Assembly: GCA_002269645.1 (NCBI GenBank)
Contig: NIVC01002697.1
Coordinates: 85,072 to 149,071 of the forward strand
Origin: Macrostomum lignano
Taxonomy: Eukaryota
Reading direction: 5' to 3'
DNA length: 64,000 bases
Position 1 is the stretch's first letter. Each line of letters starts with the position of its first letter. The notes under the pieces were generated by a model. The model ran no database searches, was not told where the DNA came from, and was given only the letters and a program-made list of their open reading frames with translations. Positions 60,601-64,000 of this stretch are shown here, one piece after another. A program made the translations under genes and the position numbers.

Positions 60601-61254
60601 GTTTTGCGTCACAACATAAAGATTTTCATGTCAAAGTCGAAATATTAGAATTGAATGATTTTAGATTTTACAGGGTAGCAAATGTTACCTGTCTATAACC
60701 ATAAGAATGTCTAATTTGTCAGGTGCGAACTACATATGCGGAAGATGAGAAAATAACAAAAGTAAATTTGTTGGCACAAAAAGTAAGCAGTAAAAACGGA
60801 TAAATTGAATTACGTTCCACGGAGTCGATATTGATAACGAATTGAACCAATAATAACAAAGTGATGCGCACCGTTTTGAAACAGGATAGTTTCCTGGAAA
60901 AAATAAATAGCAGAAGCACAACAAAATCACGACGGCAAGGGATATTTTCACTAGTTGATCGGTCTCAATAGCATAAAAAAGCTATAATTATCTTATAAGA
61001 TTTCCCCCAAAAGCTAAGCAACAAAAAGATAACTTTTTAAGACTAGGCTGGAAGTGGCAGGGATGCGACATGCAACTGGTGATAGGAATGTTCATGTGCG
61101 TACTTTACTACTAGGTAAATGTAGTAATGCGTGACGGTAAGTAGCATAATTAGACAATTAATTAATTAAGCTAAGGAGATATCTGAGCTACATGTTGGAC
61201 ACACAAATTTACAAATATATAGACTTTCCGAAGGGCTGAATAAATGAAAATCAA

Positions 61255-61715
61255 GTGGGAGGGTCAGCTGACCCCACCAGGATTAAAATCAATTTAAATC
61301 AAACTTGACGCTGCATTCTCGTATAGGGGTCAGTTGACCCCACGAGGATTAGAACCAATGGAAATCAAACTGGACGCTACATATAGGGGTCAGTTGACCC
61401 CTCCAGGAGCAGAATCGATGGAAATCAAACTGGACGCTACATATAGGAGGTCAGTTGACCCCTCCAGGAGCAGAATCGATGGAAATCAAACTGGACGCTA
61501 CATATAGGAGGTCAGTTGACCCCTCCAGGAGCAGAATCGATGGAAATCAAACTGGACGCTACATATACCGGTAGGAGGTCAGTTGACCCCTCCAGGAGCA
61601 GAATCGATGGAAATCAAACTGGACGCTACATATAGGGGGTCAGTTGACCCCTCCAGGAGCAGAATCGATAGAAATCAAACTGGACGCTACGTAGGGGGTC
61701 AGTTGACCCCCAAGA
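61255..61715. repeat. About 60-bp tandem repeat with a GGGTCA-NN-TGACCC inverted core, 8 cores
   Basis: Line 61381 is one full 60-bp unit. Confidence 0.92.
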
Positions 61716-61888
61716 GCAGAGTGAATGTAAAAGAAGTTCACAAGAACCCCTTGCTGACAAACATCAGTCTAGTCATGATCAGTGCACGAAGTTATTTTTG
61801 CATCTAAAGAAACTCAACTCGCATGACCAAATGGAGTAAATTACAATAGAAAATAGAAGTCACTGAATTTGCCATTCAGCTCATCAGC

Positions 61889-62164
61889 TCAGACGGTCCG
61901 AAGCGCCACCAGAGTCTCAATAACTCCAGGATCAGCCAGGGTGCTCACGTCGCCATAGTTCTCACTTTTGGCGGCAATTTCTCGCAATATTCGTCGCATA
62001 ATTTTGCCAGACCGAGTTTTCGGCAGCGCCGGCGCCTCCTGGATAGTGTCGGGCGCGGCGAAGGCGCCAATCCGTTCGCGCACAATTACTAGTAGCTGGC
62101 GCACTAGGCTGTCGTCAAAGGTGGCGCCGTCCTTCAGAGTTACGAATGCGTAAGCGCTCTCACC
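61889..62164 (-). CDS. ACSS: Acetyl-CoA synthetase (AMP-forming), last coding exon; upstream exons lie beyond the window
   Basis: CTTTCCAG acceptor; GESAYAFV...IGAFAAPD...LPKTRSGKIMRRILR...GDVSTLADP-stop, the canonical Acs C-terminus with the acetylation-regulated Lys. Confidence 0.9.
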   Translation of the reverse strand, partial: GESAYAFVTLKDGATFDDSLVRQLLVIVRERIGAFAAPDTIQEAPALPKTRSGKIMRRILREIAAKSENYGDVSTLADPGVIETLVALRTV

Positions 62165-62269
62165 CTGGAAAGGTGTGATCAGGTTGAGTAGGGCTACGGA
62201 AGGGTTTGGAAAACTTTTTACCTTAATAGGCAGAATGGAGAATCTAGCGTATGACTGCCCGCCAGAGTA

Positions 62270-62432
62270 AGGGAAAGAGAGAATAGAGAAGAGAGGAGAG
62301 GAAAGAAGGGAGAGGAGAGAGGGGAGAGGAGAGAAGGGAGAGGAGAGAGGGGAGAGGAGAGAAGGGAGAGGAGAGAGGGGAGAGGAGAGAAAGGAGAGGA
62401 GAGAGGGGAGAGGAGATGGGGAGATAAAAGAG
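62270..62432. repeat. GA-rich low-complexity tract
   Basis: Directly visible. Confidence 0.9.
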
Positions 62433-62435
62433 GGG

Positions 62436-62603
62436 TGTTGTACTTTTCGTAGTAACGGAGACGAATGCAAGGTGCCGAGTTAGGAAGAGATCGTAGATGC
62501 ATGCAGCGCGTATATTTTTCAGCAGCGAAGTAGCTGGCTGCTATACTTAAAATATGAATAAGGCTTCGCCCATAAACCATAGAACTTAAGTTCATACACA
62601 ACA
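62436..62603 (-). mobile_element. 168-bp 3' LTR of Gypsy element 2
   Basis: On - it begins TGTTG immediately after the PPT-like AAAATGTGGGGG (62604-62615) and ends CAACA (5-bp terminal inverted repeats). Confidence 0.8.
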
Positions 62604-62686
62604 CCCCCACATTTTAGCAATTAACCTGGAGAAAAATAAATGACTGTTTTCTATTTTGTCTAACGATCAAATAAATCAGAAATAGG

Positions 62687-64000
62687 TCAGCCGATCAGGG
62701 GCTTTTCGGAGCCTCTGACTTCGACGAGAAACTTGGTACTCGGGACTTTGATCGCTGGTTGTCTCACTTCAGCAGGAGTCGTAGTCTCCATTTCCTTCTC
62801 CTTGCTGCCAACATTGGCAGGTCTAGGCGAGGTAATCTCTTGTGAGTTCTCTGTAGTCCTTGGCGTTGCATCAGATGCATGGACCCGTCCTTTGCTGTCC
62901 AAGTAGGTATTTGATCCATGAAGTCCTTGGATTTCTTCTGCGACCTTGTCTGACTTTCCTTCTACGTTGATGTAGACAGGAATTGGGGTAGTTAGCGGTT
63001 TGTTCCATTCTGTAAAGGTTGCAGTGAGGCGCGTTCTTGGGCGTTGCATAAACAGTTGTGCAGCAGGAATCGCTCCATTGGAATTCAGTGTAGTGTTCTT
63101 CGAAAGGCAGAATGATATCAACACTTTCTCACATTCGGAACCTATGTCATTACTGTTCTGCTTCAGAGTCACTTTCAACTCTTGGATAGCTCTCTCCACA
63201 ATCCCATTTGACTGGTGATGACCAGGTGGTGTTAGGACGTGGTTAATTAGATTCTTCTTGAGAAATTCTGCGAACTCTTTTGATCGAAAATTGGTTCCAT
63301 TGTCAGTCACAATGCACGTTGGAAGTCCATGTACTTAAATGTTCGTCTGCATGCTGGAATAGGAGAGTTGGCTGTGAGATTTGACAGCTGATGTACATCA
63401 ATCCACCGAGAGAACGAGTCGATGAGAACCAAGAAGTGTTTCTCCTTGAAATATGCTATGTCCAGATGAACACGTTCGAAGAAGAACTTTGTATCCTCCC
63501 ATGAATGCAGATTTGCATTTGTTCGCTTTCTCGAATTTAGTTGGCAGGAAGGACACCTTTGAACGAAGCTATTGATCTGGGCGTCAATGTAAGGCCACCA
63601 GAAGTACTCTCGAGCTAGTCTGATCATGCGCACAATGCCCGGATGATTCTCGTGAAGAATTTGAAGAATTTCTTTGCGCATGGACTTTGGAGGCACGATT
63701 CGGATCCCTTTGAACAGAATCCGTTTTGAATGGAGTATTCCGCCTTGGATTTGGTGTACGGAAGCAGCTGTTTAGAAATGTAGCTTGGCCAACCTTGAGT
63801 AACAAACTTCTTGATAATATAAATTTCAGGGTCTCTGGTGTTGGCGACACGCCGAAGAATTCTCCAGAGAGAAGAATTCTACGAGAGAGTTTACTCCAGC
63901 AGATTGACATCAAAATTTGAAAACGAAGTAGAAGCGTTTGTTGAAGGAATTCTGGACAGAGTATCTGCTGCGAGCATGGTGTCTCCCTTTGAGTAAGTGA
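62687..64000 (-). pseudogene. pol: Decayed Ty3/Gypsy pol (RNase H end/tether, integrase)
   Basis: TYSKGDTMLAADTLSR; stops at 63891-63893 and 63879-63881; frameshifts near 63720 (NGILFKG) and 63340 (HGLPTCIVTDNG); HHCC (LHENHPG...CPSC); D-D-E (HLDIA, TDNG, GIVERAI). Confidence 0.93.

Noticed and set aside
62165-62470. Extension of the ACSS ORF, or a 57-bp intron with an upstream exon ending ...ILPIK
   Set aside because: A donor-like AAG|GTAAAA exists at 62221, but the upstream peptide lacks the expected AEAAVV..PH motif and runs into a GA repeat and the LTR.

Overview
Eukaryotic (invertebrate animal) genomic DNA, not prokaryotic. GC-rich exons sit among introns and intergenic DNA packed with micro- and minisatellites, a style suggestive of a free-living flatworm such as Macrostomum (inference only). 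Contents from left to right: (1) 3' half of an intact Ty3/Gypsy retrotransposon (pol ORF 8-2362, PPT, probable 3' LTR); (2) a neurexin gene on + that I reconstructed as 15 phase-consistent GT-AG coding exons (7759-41001, 1396 aa; signal peptide-LG-LG-EGF-LG-LG-EGF-LG-Cys loop-TM-KEWYV), apparently starting at the LG2 equivalent; (3) an intronless, divergent class A-like GPCR on - (43880-44944); (4) a composite of a 16-bp satellite and CCGG-rich modules around an orphan ORF (49.4-51.9 kb); (5) a complete 5-exon HADHA on - (52546-57120, 773 aa); (6) the last exon of an acetyl-CoA synthetase on - (61889-62164); (7) a decayed Ty3/Gypsy element with a 168-bp 3' LTR (62436-64000). More than 35 tandem-repeat arrays account for most long ORFs in the ORF track, and these are spurious. 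I found no rRNA, tRNA or CRISPR/cas. All homology statements come from motif recognition, not database searches.
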